Below are positions 9,701 through 24,700 of a DNA stretch of 64,000 nt, piece after piece; the first letter of the stretch is position 1; the number at the start of each line of letters is the position of its first letter. The DNA comes from the human T2T-CHM13v2.0 reference genome, Homo sapiens. The position numbers and the translations under genes were made by a program. Location: the NCBI RefSeq assembly GCF_009914755.1, contig NC_060947.1, one strand, 5' to 3'. The notes under the pieces are model-generated. The model was not told the origin of the DNA and did not search any database. It saw only the letters and a list, made by a program, of their open reading frames with translations.

Positions 9701-12700
9701 CTGTGGCTCGAACACAAACATCACAAAGCAGTTTCTGAGAATGCTTCAGTTTAGTTTTTCTGTGGAAATATTCCCGTTTCCAAAGAAATCTTCAAAGAGG
9801 TCCACGTATCCACTTACAGATTCTACAAAAAGACAGTTTCAAAACTGCTCCATCAAAAGGAGGGTTCAACTGTGTGACTTGAATGCAATCATCACTCAGA
9901 AGTTTCTGAGAATGCTTCTCTTTAGTTTTTACGTGAACATATACCCGTTTCGAACGAAGGCCACCCAGTGGTCCAAATATCCACTTGCAGATTCTACAGA
10001 AAGAGTGTTTCGAACCTGAACTCTCAAAGGCAGGTTCATCTCTGCGAGTTAAATGCATTCATCATGAAGAACTTTCTCAGAGTGTTTGTGTTTAGTTATG
10101 GGAAATTATTCCCGTTTCCAACGAAATCCTCAGAGAGCTCCAAATATCCACCTGCAGATTCTACCAAAAGTGTATTTGGAAACTGCTCCAACAAAAGGCA
10201 TGTTAAGCTCTGTGAGTGAAACTCCATCATCACAAAGAATATTCTGAGAATGCTTCCGTTTGCCTTTTATATGAAGTTCCTTCCTATACTACCGTAGGCC
10301 TCAAAGCAGTCCAAATCTCCATTTGCAGATTCTACAAAAAGAGTGATTCCAATCTGCTCTATCAATAGGATTGTTCAACTCCATGAGTTGAATGCCATCC
10401 TCACAAAGTAGTTTCTGAGAATGCTTCTATCTAGTTTTTATGTGAAGATATTTCCTTTTCCACCACAGGCCTCAAAGCCCTCCAAACGTCCACTTGCAGA
10501 TTTTCGAAAAAGAGTGTTTCATAGCTGCTCTTTCAAAAGGAAAGTTCAACTCTGGGAGTTGAATACAAACATCACAAAGTAGTTTCCGAGAATGCTTCTG
10601 TTTAGTTTTTATGTGAAGATGATCCCGTTTCCAGTGAAATCTTCAAAGAGGTCCACATATCCCCTTGCAGATTCCAAAGAAAGAGGGTTTCAAAACTGCT
10701 CCATCAGAAGGATTGTTCAACTCTGTGAGTTGAATGCAGTCATCGCAGAAAACTTTCTGAGAATGCTTCTGTCTAGGTTTGATGTGAAGGTATAGACGTT
10801 TCAAATGAAGGCTACAAAGTGGTCAAAATATACACTTGCAGATTCTACTACAAGGGTGTTGCAAACCTGAACTATCAAAGGAAGGTTCAACTCTGTGAGT
10901 TGAATACAAACATCACAAAGAATGTTCTGAGTTTGCTTCCGTTCAGTTATGGGAAGTTGATCCCGTTTCCAACGAAATCCTCAGAGAGGTCAAAATATCC
11001 CCTTGCAGATTCTACAAAACGTGTGTTTGGAAACTGCTCCATCATAACGAATGTTCAGCTCCCTGAGTTAAACTCCATCGTCACAAAGAATTTTCTGAGA
11101 GTGCTACCGTCTGGTTTTTATATGAAGTTCTTTCCTTCACTACCACAGGCCTCAAAGCGGTCCAAATCTCCACTTGCAGATTCTACAAAAAGAGTGTTTG
11201 CAAACTGCTCTATCAAAAGGAATGTTCAACTCTGGGAGTTGAATGCAATCATCACAGAGCAGTTTCTGAGAATGCTTCTATGTCGTTTTTAGGAGAAGAT
11301 ATTTCCTTTTCCAACACAGTCCTCCAAGCCCGCTAAATAGCCACTTGCACATTGTAGAAAAAGTGTGTCAAAGCTGCGCTATCAAAGGGAAAGTTCAACT
11401 CTGTGAGGTGAATGCAAACATCCCAAAGAAGTTTCTGAGAATGCTTCCGTTTAGCTTTTAGGTGAAGATTATCCCGTTTCCAACGAAACCTTCAAAGAGG
11501 TCCAAATATCCCCTTGCGGATCCCACAGAAAGAGTGTTTCGAAACTGCTGTTTCAAAAGGAATCTTCAACTCTGTGAGTTGAATGCAATCATCACAAAGA
11601 AGTTTCTGACAATGCTTCTCTCTCGTCTTTCTGTGAAGATAAAGGAAAAGGCTTTCAGGCCTTTTCCACCACAGGCCTGAAAGCGCTCCAAATGTCCACT
11701 TGCAGATTCTGCCAAAAGAATATTTCAAAACTGCTCTATGAAAAGCAATGTTAAACTCTGTGGCTCGAACACAAACATCACAAAGCAGTTTCTGAGAATG
11801 CTTCAGTTTAGTTTTTCTGTGGAAATATTCCCGTTTCCAAAGAAATCTTCAAAGAGGTCCACGTATCCACTTACAGATTCTACAAAAAGACAGTTTCAAA
11901 ACTGCTCCATCAAAAGGAGGGTTCAACTGTGTGACTTGAATGCAATCATCACTCAGAAGTTTCTGAGAATGCTTCTCTTTAGTTTTTACGTGAACATATA
12001 CCCGTTTCGAACGAAGGCCACCCAGTGGTCCAAATATCCACTTGCAGATTCTACAGAAAGAGTGTTTCGAACCTGAACTCTCAAAGGCAGGTTCATCTCT
12101 GCGAGTTAAATGCATTCATCATGAAGAACTTTCTCAGAGTGTTTGTGTTTAGTTATGGGAAATTATTCCCGTTTCCAACGAAATCCTCAGAGAGCTCCAA
12201 ATATCCACCTGCAGATTCTACCAAAAGTGTATTTGGAAACTGCTCCATCAAAAGGCATGTTCAGCTCTGTGAGTGAAACTCCATCATCACAAAGAATATT
12301 CTGAGAATGCTTCCGTTTGCCTTTTATATGAAGTTCCTTCCTATACTACCGTAGGCCTCAAAGCAGTCCAAATCTCCATTTGCAGATTCTACAAAAAGAG
12401 TGATTCCAATCTGCTCTATCAATAGGATTGTTCAACTCCATGAGTTGAATGCCATCCTCACAAAGTAGTTTCTGAGAATGCTTCTATCTAGTTTTTATGT
12501 GAAGATATTTCCTTTTCCACCACAGGCCTCAAAGCCCTCAAAACGTCCACTTGCAGATTCTCGAAAAAGAGTGTTTCATAGCTGCTCTTTCAAAAGGAAA
12601 GTTCAACTCTGGGAGTTGAATACAAACATCACAAAGTAGTTTCCGAGAATGCTTCTGTTTAGTTTTTATGTGAAGATGATCCCGTTTCCAGTGAAATCTT

Positions 12701-15700
12701 CAAAGAGGTCCACATATCCCCTTGCAGATTCCAAAGAAAGAGGGTTTCAAAACTGCTCCATCAGAAGGATTGTTCAACTCTGTGAGTTGAATGCAGTCAT
12801 CGCAGAAAACTTTCTGAGAATGCTTCTGTCTAGGTTTGATGTGAAGATATAGACGTTTCAAACGAAGGCTACAAAGTGGTCAAAATATACACTTGCAGAT
12901 TCTACTACAAGGGTGTTGCAAACCTGAACTATCAAAGGAAGGTTCAACTCTGTGAGTTGAATACAAACATCACAAAGAATGTTCTGAGTTTGCTTCCGTT
13001 CAGTTATGGGAAGTTGATCCCGTTTCCAACGAAATCCTCAGAGAGGTCCAAATATCCCCTTGCAGATTCTACAAAACGTGTGTTTGGAAACTGCTCCATC
13101 ATAACGAATGTTCAGCTCCCTGAGTTAAACTCCATCGTCACAAAGAATTTTCTGAGAGTGCTACCGTCTGGTTTTTATATGAAGTTCTTTCCTTCACTAC
13201 CACAGGCCTCAAAGCGGTCCAAATCTCCACTTGCAGATTCTACAAAAAGAGTGTTTGCAAACTGCTCTATCAAAAGGAATGTTCAACTCTGGGAGTTGAA
13301 TGCAATCATCACAGAGCAGTTTCTGAGAATGCTTCTATGTCGTTTTTAGGAGAAGATATTTCCTTTTCCAACACAGTCCTCCAAGCCCGCTAAATAGCCA
13401 CTTGCACATTGTAGAAAAAGTGTGTCAAAGCTGCGCTATCAAAGGGAAAGTTCAACTCTGTGAGGTGAATGCAAACATCCCAAAGAAGTTTCTGAGAATG
13501 CTTCCGTTTAGCTTTTAGGTGAAGATTATCCCGTTTCCAACGAAACCTTCAAAGAGGTCCAAATATCCCCTTGTGGATCCCACAGAAAGAGTGTTTCGAA
13601 ACTGCTGTTTCAAAAGGAATCTTCAACTCTGTGAGTTGAATGCAATCATCACAAAGAAGTTTCTGACAATGCTTCTCTCTCGTCTTTCTGTGAAGATAAA
13701 GGAAAAGGCTTTCAGGCCTTTGCCACCACAGGCCTGAAAGCGCTCCAAATGTCCACTTGCAGATTCTGCCAAAAGAATATTTCAAAACTGCTCTATGAAA
13801 AGCAATGTTAAACTCTGTGGCTCGAACACAAACATCACAAAGCAGTTTCTGAGAATGCTTCAGTTTAGATTTTCTGTGGAAATACTCCCGTTTCCAAAGA
13901 AATCTTCAAAGAGGTCCACGTATCCACTTACAGATTCTACAAAAAGACAGTTTCAAAACTGCTCCATCAAAAGGAGGGTTCAACTGTGTGACTTGAATGC
14001 AATCATCACTCAGAAGTTTCTGAGAATGCTTCTCTTTAGTTTTTACGTGAACATATACCCGTTTCGAACGAAGGCCACCCAGTGGTCCAAATATCCACTT
14101 GCAGATTCTACAGAAAGAGTGTTTCGAACCTGAACTCTCAAAGGCAGGTTCATCTCTGCGAGTTAAATGCATTCATCATGAAGAACTTTCTCAGAGTGTT
14201 TGTGTTTAGTTATGGGAAATTATTCCCGTTTCCAACGAAATCCTCAGAGAGCTCCAAATATCCACCTGCAGATTCTACCAAAAGTGTATTTGGAAACTGC
14301 TCCATCAAAAGGCATGTTCAGCTCTGTGAGTGAAACTCCATCATCACAAAGAATATTCTGAGAATGCTTCCGTTTGCCTTTTATATGAAGTTCCTTCCTG
14401 TACTACCGTAGGCCTCAAAGCAGTCCAAATCTCCATTTGCAGATTCTACAAAAAGAGTGATTCCAATCTGCTCTATCAATAGGATTGTTGAACTCCATGA
14501 GTTGAATGCCATGCTCACAAAGTAGTTTCTGAGAATGCTTCTATCTAGTTTTATGTGAAGATATTTCCTTTTCCACCACAGGCCTCAAAGCCCTCCAAAC
14601 GTCCACTTGCAGATTCTCGAAAAAGAGTGTTTCATAGCTGCTCTTTCAAAAGGAAAGTTCAACTCTGGGAGTTGAATACAAACATCACAAAGTAGTTTCC
14701 GAGAATGCTTCTGTTTAGTTTTTATGTGAAGATGATCCCATTTCCAGTGAAATCTTCAAAGAGGTCCACATATCCCCTTCCAGATTCCAAAGAAAGAGGG
14801 TTTCAAAACTGCTCCATCAGAAGGATTGTTCAACTCTGTGAGTTGAATGCAGTCATCGCAGAAAACTTTCTGAGAATGCTTCTGTCTAGGTTTGATGTGA
14901 AGATATAGACGTTTCAAACGAAGGCTACAAAGAGGTCAAAATATACACTTGCAGATTCTACTACAAGGGTGTTGCAAACCTGAACTATCAAAGGAAGGTT
15001 CAACTCTGTGAGTTGAATACAAACATCACAAAGAATGTTCTGAGTTTGCTTCCGTTCAGTTATGGGAAGTTGATCCCGTTTCCAACGAAATCCTCAGAGA
15101 GGTCCAAATATCCCCTTGCAGATTCTACAAAACGTGTGTTTGGAAACTGCTCCATCATAACGAATGTTCAGCTCCCTGAGTTAAACTCCATCGTCACAAA
15201 GAATTTTCTGAGAGTGCTACCGTCTGGTTTTTATATGAAGTTCTTTCCTTCACTACCACAGGCCTCAAAGCGGTCCAAATCTCCACTTGCAGATTCTACA
15301 AAAAGAGTGTTTGCAAACTGCTCTATCAAAAGGAATGTTCAACTCTGGGAGTTGAATGCAATCATCACAGAGCAGTTTCTGAGAATGCTTCTATGTCGTT
15401 TTTAGGAGAAGATATTTCCTTTTCCAACACAGTCCTCTAAGCCCGCTAAATAGCCACTTGCACATTGTAGAAAAAGTGTGTCAAAGCTGCGCTATGAAAG
15501 GGAAAGTTCAACTCTGTGAGGTGAATGCAAACATCCCAAAGAAGTTTCTGAGAATGCTTCCGTTTAGCTTTTAGGTGAAGATTATCCCGTTTCCAACGAA
15601 ACCTTCAAAGAGGTCCAAATATCCCCTTGCGGATCCCACAGAAAGAGTGTTTCGAAACTGCTGTTTCAAAAGGAATCTTCAACTCTGTGAGTTGAATGCA

Positions 15701-18700
15701 ATCATCACAAAGAAGTTTCTGACAATGCTTCTCTCTCGTCTTTCTGTGAAGATAAAGGAAAAGGCTTTCAGGCCTTTTCCACCACAGGCCTGAAAGTGCT
15801 CCAAATGTCCACTTGCAGATTCTGCGAAAAGAATATTTCAAAACTGCTCTATGAAAAGCAATGTTAAACTCTGTCGCTCGAACACAAACATCACAAAGCA
15901 GTTTCTGAGAATGCTTCAGTTTAGTTTTTCTGTGGAAATATTCCCGTTTCCAAAGAAATCTTCAAAGAGGTCCACGTATCCACTTACAGATTCTACAAAA
16001 AGACAGTTTCAAAACTGCTCCATCAAAAGGAGGGTTCAACTGTGTGACTTGAATGCAATCATCACTCAGAAGTTTCTGAGAATGCTTCTCTTTAGTTTTT
16101 ACGTGAACATATACCCGTTTCGAACGAAGGCCACCCAGTGGTCCAAATATCCACTTGCAGATTCTACAGAAAGAGTGTTTCGAACCTGAACTCTCAAAGG
16201 CAGGTTCATCTCTGCGAGTTAAATGCATTCATCATGAAGAACTTTCTCAGAGTGTTTGTGTTTAGTTATGGGAAATTATTCCCGTTTCCAACGAAATCCT
16301 CAGAGAGCTCCAAATATCCACCTGCAGTTTCTACCAAAAGTGTAGTTGGAAACTGCTCCATCAAAAGGCATGTTCAGCTCTGTGAGTGAAACTCCATCAT
16401 CACAAAGAATATTCTGAGAATGCTTCCGTTTGCCTTTTATATGAAGTTCCTTCCTATACTACCGTAGGCCTCAAAGCAGTCCAAATCTCCATTTGCAGAT
16501 TCTACAAAAAGAGTGATTCCAATCTGCTCTATCAATAGGATTGTTCAACTCCATGAGTTGAATGCCATCCTCACAAAGTAGTTTCTGAGAATGCTTCTAT
16601 CTAGTTTTTATGTGAAGATATTTCCTTTTCCACCACAGGCCTCAAAGCCCTCCAAACGTCCACTTGCAGATTCTCGAAAAAGAGTGTTTCATAGCTGCTC
16701 TTTCAAAAGGAAAGTTCAACTCTGGGAGTTGAATACAAACATCACAAAGTAGTTTCCGAGAATGCTTCTGTTTAGTTTTTATGTGAAGATGATCCCGTTT
16801 CCAGTGAAATCTTCAAAGAGGTCCACATATCCCCTTGCAGATTCCAAAGAAAGAGGGTTTCAAAACTGCTCCATCAGAAGGATTGTTCAACTCTGTGAGT
16901 TGAATGCAGTCATCGCAGAAAACTTTCTGAGAATGCTTCTGTCTAGGTTTGATGTGAAGGTATAGACGTTTCAAACGAAGGCTACAAAGTGGTCAAAATA
17001 TACACTTGCAGATTCTACTACAAGGGTGTTGCAAACCTGAACTATCAAAGGAAGGTTCAACTCTGTGAGTTGAATACAAACATCACAAAGAATGTTCTGA
17101 GTTTGCTTCCGTTCAGTTATGGGAAGTTGATCCCGTTTCCAACGAAATCCTCAGAGAGGTCCAAATATCCCCTCGCAGATTCTACAAAACGTGTGTTTGG
17201 AAACTGCTCCATCATAACGAATGTTCAGCTCCCTGAGTTAAACTCCATCGTCACAAAGAATTTTCTGAGAGTGCTACCGTCTGGTTTTTATATGAAGTTC
17301 TTTCCTTCACTACCACAGGCCTCAAAGCGGTCCAAATCTCCACTTGCAGATTCTACAAAAAGAGTGTTTGCAAACTGCTCTATCAAAAGGAATGTTCAAC
17401 TCTGGGAGTTGAATGCAATCATCACAGAGCAGTTTCTGAGAATGCTTCTATGTCGTTTCTGGGAGAAGATATTTCGTTTTCCAACACAGTCCTCCAAGCC
17501 CGCTAAATAGCCACTTGCACATTGTAGAAAAAGTGTGTCAAAGCTGCGCTATCAAAGGGAAAGTTCAACTCTGTGAGGTGAATGCAAACATCCCAAAGAA
17601 GTTTCTGAGAATGTTTCCGTTTAGCTTTTAGGTGAAGATTATCCCGTTTCCAACGAAACCTTCAAAGAGGTCCAAATATCCCCTTGCGGATCCCACAGAA
17701 AGAGTGTTTCGAAACTGCTGTTTCAAAAGGAATCTTCAACTCTGTGAGTTGAATGCAATCATCACAAAGAAGTTTCTGACAATGCTTCTCTCTCGTCTTT
17801 CTGTGAAGATAAAGGAAAAGGCTTTCAGGCCTTTTCCACCACAGGCCTGAAAGCGCTCCAAATGTCCACTTGTAGATTCTGCCAAAAGAATATTTCAAAA
17901 CTGCTCTATGAAAAGCAATGTTAAACTCTGTGGCTCGAACACAAACATCACAAAGCAGTTTCTGAGAATGCTTCAGTTTAGTTTTTCTGTGGAAATATTC
18001 CCGTTTCCAAAGAAATCTTCAAAGAGGTCCACGTATCCACTTACAGATTCTACAAAAAGACAGTTTCAAAACTGCTCCATCAAAAGGAGGGTTCAACTGT
18101 GTGACTTGAATGCAATCATCACTCAGAAGTTTCTGAGAATGCTTCTCTTTAGTTTTTACGTGAACATATACCCGTTTTGAACGAAGGCCACCCAGTGGTC
18201 CAAATATCCACTTGCAGATTCTACAGAAAGAGTGTTTCGAACCTGAACTCTCAAAGGCAGGTTCATCTCTGCGAGTTAAATGCATTCATCATGAAGAACT
18301 TTCTCAGAGTGTTTGTGTTTAGTTATGGGAAATTATTCCCGTTTCCAACGAAATCCTCAGAGAGCTCCAAATATCCACCTGCAGATTCTACCAAAAGTGT
18401 ATTTGGAAACTGCTCCATCAAAAGGCATGTTCAGCTCTGTGAGTGAAACTCCATCATCACAAAGAATATTCTGAGAATGCTTCCGTTTGCCTTTTATATG
18501 AAGTTCCTTCCTATACGACCGTAGGCCTCAAAGCAGTCCAAATCTCCATTTGCAGATTCTACAAAAAGAGTGATTCCAATCTGCTCTATCAATAGGATTG
18601 TTCAACTCCATGAGTTGAAAGCCATCCTCACGAAGTAGTTTCTGAGAATGCTTCTATCTAGTTTTTATGTGAAGATATTTCCTTTTCCACCACAGGCCTC

Positions 18701-21700
18701 AAAGCCCTCCAAACGTCCACTTGCAGATTCTCGAAAAAGAGTGTTTCATAGCTGCTCTTTCAAAAGGAAAGTTCAACTCTGGGAGTTGAATACAAACATC
18801 ACAAAGTAGTTTCCGAGAATGCTTCTGTTTAGTTTTTATGTGAAGATGATCCCGTTTCCAGTGAAATCTTCAAAGAGGTCCACATATCCCCTTGCAGATT
18901 CCAAAGAAAGAGGGTATCAAAACTGCTCCATCAGAAGGATTGTTCAACTCTGTGAGTTGAATGCAGTCATCGCAGAAAACTTTCTGAGAATGCTTCTGTC
19001 TAGGTTTGATGTGAAGATATAGACGTTTCAAACGAAGGCTACAAAGTGGTCAAAATATACACTTGCAGATTCTACTACAAGGGTGTTGCAAACCTGAACT
19101 ATCAAAGGAAGGTTCAACTCTGTGAGTTGAATACAAACATCACAAAGAATGTTCTGAGTTTGCTTCCGTTCAGTTATGGGAAGTTGATCCCGTTTCCAAC
19201 GAAATCCTCAGAGAGGTCCAAATATCCCCTTGCAGATTCTACAAAACGTGTGTTTGGAAACTGCTCCATCATAACGAATGTTCAGCTCCCTGAGTTAAAC
19301 TCCATCGTCACAAAGAATTTTCTGAGAGTGCTACCGTCTGGTTTTTATATGAATTTCTTTCCTTCACTACCACAGGCCTCAAAGCGGTCCAAATCTCCAC
19401 TTGCAGATTCTACAAAAAGAGTGTTTGCAAACTGCTCTATCAAAAGGAATGTTCAACTCTGGGAGTTGAATGCAATCGTCACAGAGCAGTTTCTGAGAAT
19501 GCTTCTATGTCGTTTTTAGGAGAAGATATTTCCTTTTCCAACACAGTCCTCCAAGCCCGCTAAATAGCCACTTGCACATTGTAGAAAAAGTGTGTCAAAG
19601 CTGCGCTATCAAAGGGAAAGTTCAACTCTGTGAGGTGAATGCAAACATCCCAAAGAAGTTTCTGAGAATGCTTCCGTTTAGCTTTTAGGTGAAGATTATC
19701 CCGTTTCCAACGAAACCTTCAAAGAGGTCCAAATATCCCCTTGCGGATCCCACAGAAAGAGTGTTTCGAAACTGCTGTTTCAAAAGGAATCTTCAACTCT
19801 GTGAGTTGAATGCAATCATCACAAAGAAGTTTCTGACAATACTTCTCTCTCGTCTTTCTGTGAAGATAAAGGAAAAGGCTTTCAGGCCTTTTCCACCACA
19901 GGCCTGAAAGCGCTCCAAATGTCCACTTGCAGATTCTGCCAAAAGAATATTTCAAAACTGCTCTATGAAAAGCAATGTTAAACTCTGTGGCTCGAACACA
20001 AACATCACAAAGCAGTTTCTGAGAATGCTTCAGTTTAGTTTTTCTGTGGAAATATTCCCGTTTCCAAAGAAATCTTCAAAGAGGTCCACGTATCCACTTA
20101 CAGATTCTACAAAAAGACAGTTTCAAAACTGCTCCATCAAAAGGAGGGTTCAACTGTGTGACTTGAATGCAATCATCACTCAGAAGTTTCTGAGAATGCT
20201 TCTCTTTAGTTTTTACGTGAACATATACCCGTTTCGAACGAAGGCCACCCAGTGGTCCAAATATCCACTTGCAGATTCTACAGAAAGAGTGTTTCGAACC
20301 TGAACTCTCAAAGGCAGGTTCATCTCTGCGAGTTAAATGCATTCATCATGAAGAACTTTCTCAGAGTGTTTGTGTTTAGTTATGGGAAATTATTCCCGTT
20401 TCCAACGAAATCCTCAGAGAGCTCCAAATATCCACCTGCAGATTCTACCAAAAGTGTATTTGGAAACTGCTCCATCAAAAGGCATGTTCAGCTCTGTGAG
20501 TGAAACTCCATCATCACAAAGAATATTCTGAGAATGCTTCCGTTTGCCTTTTATATGAAGTTCCTTCCTATACTACCGTAGGCCTCAAAGCAGTCCAAAT
20601 CTCCATTTGCAGATTCTACAAAAAGAGTGATTCCAATCTGCTCTATCAATAGGATTGTTCAACTCCATGAGTTGAATGCCATCCTCACGAAGTAGTTTCT
20701 GAGAATGCTTCTATCTAGTTTTTATGTGAAGATATTTCCTTTTCCACCACAGGCCTCAAAGCCCTCCAAACGTCCACTTGCAGATTCTCGAAAAAGAGTG
20801 TTTCATAGCTGCTCTTTCAAAAGGAAAGTTCAACTCTGGGAGTTGAATACAAACATCACAAAGTAGTTTCCGAGAATGCTTCTGTTTAGTTTTTATGTGA
20901 AGATGATCCCGTTTCCAGTGAAATCTTCAAAGAGGTCCGCATATCCCCTTTCAGATTCCAACGAAAGAGGGTTTCAAAACTGCTCCATCAGAAGGATTGT
21001 TCAACTCTGTGAGTTGAATGCAGTCATCGCAGAAAACTTTCTGAGAATGCTTCTGTCTAGGTTTGATGTGAAGATATAGACGTTTCAAACGAAGGCTACA
21101 AAGTGGTCAAAATATACACTTGCAGATTCTACTACAAGGGTGTTGCAAACCTGAACTATCAAAGGAAGGTTCAACTCTGTGAGTTGAATACAAACATCAC
21201 AAAGAATGTTCTGAGTTTGCTTCCGTTCAGTTATGGGAAGTTGATCCCGTTTCCAACGAAATCCTCAGAGAGGTCCAAATATCCCCTTGCAGATTCTACA
21301 AAACGTGTGTTTGGAAACTGCTCCATCATAACGAATGTTCAGCTCCCTGAGTTAAACTCCATCGTCACAAAGAATTTTCTGAGAGTGCTACCGTCTGGTT
21401 TTTATATGAAGTTCTTTCCTTCACTACCACAGGCCTCAAAGCGGTCCAAATCTCCACTTGCAGATTCTACAAAAAGAGTGTGTGCAAACTGCTCTATCAA
21501 AAGGAATGTTCAACTCTGGGAGTTGAATGCAATCATCACAGAGCAGTTTCTGAGAATGCTTCTATGTCGTTTTTAGGAGAAGATATTTCCTTTTCCAACA
21601 CAGTCCTCCAAGCCCGCTAAATAGCCACTTGCACATTGTAGAAAAAGTGTGTCAAAGCTGCGCTATCAAAGGGAAAGTTCAACTCTGTGAGGTGAATGCA

Positions 21701-24700
21701 AACATCCCAAAGAAGTTTCTGAGAATGCTTCCGTTTAGCTTTTAGGTGAAGATTATCCCGTTTCCAACGAAACCTTCAAAGAGGTCCAAATATCCCCTTG
21801 CGGATCCCACAGAAAGAGTGTTTCGAAACTGCTGTTTCAAAAGGAATCTTCAACTCTGTGAGTTGAATGCAATCATCACAAAGAAGTTTCTGACAATGCT
21901 TCTCTCTCGTCTTTCTGTGAAGATAAAGGAAAAGGCTTTCAGGCCTGTTCCACCACAGGCCTGAAAGCGCTCCAAATGTCCACTTGCAGATTCTGCGAAA
22001 AGAATATTTCAAAACTGCTCTATGAAAAGCAATGTTAAACTCTGTGGCTGGAACACAAACATCACAAAGCGGTTTCTGAGAATGTTTCAGTTTAGTTTTT
22101 CTGTGGAAATATTCCCGTTTCCAAAGAAATCTTCAAAGAGGTCCACGTATCCACTTACAGATTCTACAAAAAGACAGTTTCAAAACTGTTCCATCAAAAG
22201 GAGGGTTCAACTGTGTGACTTGAATGCAATCATCACTCAGAAGTTTCTGAGAATGCTTCTCTTTAGTTTTTACGTGAACATATACCCGTTTCGAACGAAG
22301 GCCACCCAGTGGTCCAAATATCCACTTGCAGATTCTACAGAAAGAGTGTTTCGAACCTGAACTCTCAAAGGCAGGTTCATCTCTGCGAGTTAAATGCATT
22401 CATCATGAAGAACTTTCTCAGAGTGTTTGTGTTTAGTTATGGGAAATTATTCCCGTTTCCAACGAAATCCTCAGAGAGCTCCAAATATCCACCTGCAGAT
22501 TCTACCAAAAGTGTATTTGGAAACTGCTCCATCAAAAGGCATGTTCAGCTCTGTGAGTGAAACTCCATCATCACAAAGAATATTCTGAGAATGCTTCCGT
22601 TTGCCTTTTATATGAAGTTCCTTCCTATACGACCGTAGGCCTCAAAGCAGTCCAAATCTCCATTTGCAGATTCTACAAAAAGAGTGATTCCAATCTGCTC
22701 TATCAATAGGATTGTTCAACTCCATGAGTTGAATGCCATCCTCACAAAGTCGTTTCTGAGAATGCTTCTATCTAGTTTTTATGTGAAGATATTTCCTTTT
22801 CCACCACAGGCCTCAAAGCCTTCCAAACGTCCACTTGCAGATTCTCGAAAAAGAGTGTTTCATAGCTGCTCTTTCAAAAGGAAAGTTCAACTCTGGGAGT
22901 TGAATACAAACATCACAAAGTAGTTTCCGAGAATGCTTCTGTTTAGTTTTTATGTGAAGATGATCCCGTTTCCAGTGAAATCTTCAAAGAGGTCCACATA
23001 TCCCCTTGCAGATTCCAAAGAAAGAGGGTTTCAAAACTGCTCCATCAGAAGGATTGTTCAACTCTGTGAGTTGAATGCAGTCATCGCAGAAAACTTTCTG
23101 AGAATGCTTCTGTCTAGGTTTGATGTGAAGATATAGACGTTTCAAATGAAGGCTACAAAGTGGTCAAAATATACACTTGCAGATTCTACTACAAGGGTGT
23201 TGCAAACCTGAACTATCAAAGGAAGGTTCAACTCTGTGAGTTGAATACAAACATCACAAAGAATGTTCTGAGTTTGCTTCCGTTCAGTTATGGGAAGTTG
23301 ATCCCGTTTCCAACGAAATCCTCAGAGAGGTCCAAATATCCCCTTGCAGATTCTACAAAACGTGTGTTTGGAAACTGCTCCATCATAACGAATGTCCAGC
23401 TCCCTGAGTTAAACTCCATCGTCACAAAGAATTTTCTGAGAGTGCTACCGTCTGGTTTTTATATGAAGTTCTTTCCTTCACTACCACAGGCCTCAATGCG
23501 GTCCAAATCTCCACTTGCAGATTCTACAAAAAGAGTGTTTGCAAACTGCTCTATCAAAAGGAATGTTCAACTCTGGGAGTTGAATGCAATCATCACAGAG
23601 CAGTTTCTGAGAATGCTTCTATGTCGTTTTTAGGAGAAGATATTTCCTTTTCCAACACAGTCCTCCAAGCCCGCTAAATAGCCACTTGCACATTGTAGAA
23701 AAAGTGTGTCAAAGCTGCGCTATCAAAGGGAAAGTTCAACTCTGTGAGGTGAATGCAAACATCCCAAAGAAGTTTCTGAGAATGCTTCCGTTTAGCTTTT
23801 AGGTGAAGATTATCCCGTTTCCAACGAAACCTTCAAAGAGGTCCAAATATCCCCTTGCGGATCCCACAGAAAGAGTGTTTCGAAACTGCTGTTTCAAAAG
23901 GAATCTTCAACTCTGTGAGTTGAATGCAATCATCACAAAGAAGTTTCTGACAATGCTTCTCTCTCGTCTTTCTGTGAAGATAAAGGAAAAGGCTTTCAGG
24001 CCTGTTCCACCACAGGCCTGAAAGCGCTCCAAATGTCCACTTGCAGATTCTGCGAAAAGAATATTTCAAAACTGCTCTATGAAAAGCAATGTTAAACTCT
24101 GTGGCTGGAACACAAACATCACAAAGCGGTTTCTGAGAATGTTTCAGTTTAGTTTTTCTGTGGAAATATTCCCGTTTCCAAAGAAATCTTCAAAGAGGTC
24201 CATGTATCCACTTACAGATTCTACAAAAAGACAGTTTCAAAACTGCTCCATCAAAAGGAGGGTTCAACTGTGTGACTTGAATGCAATCACCACTCAGAAG
24301 TTTCTGAGAATGCTTCTCTTTAGTTTTTACGTGAACATATACCCGTTTCGAACGAAGGCCACCCAGTGGTCCAAATATCCACTTGCAGATTCTACAGAAA
24401 GAGTGTTTCGAACCTGAACTCTCAAAGGCAGGTTCATCTCTGCGAGTTAAATGCATTCATCATGAAGAACTTTCTCAGAGTGTTTGTGTTTAGTTATGGG
24501 AAATTATTCCCGTTTCCAACGAAATCCTCAGAGAGCTCCAAATATCCACCTGCAGATTCTACCAAAAGTGTATTTGGAAACTGCTCCATCAAAAGGCATG
24601 TTCAGCTCTGTGAGTGAAACTCCATCATCACAAAGAATATTCTGAGAATGCTTCCGTTTGCCTTTTATATGAAGTTCCTTCCTATACGACCGTAGGCCTC

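Noticed and set aside
20950-20966. Possible newly created CENP-B box (…TTCCAACGAAA after the A>C change at 20962; also 31247)
   Set aside because: Only the CGAA half is present. The CCCG core reads TCAG, so it fails the nine-base rule.
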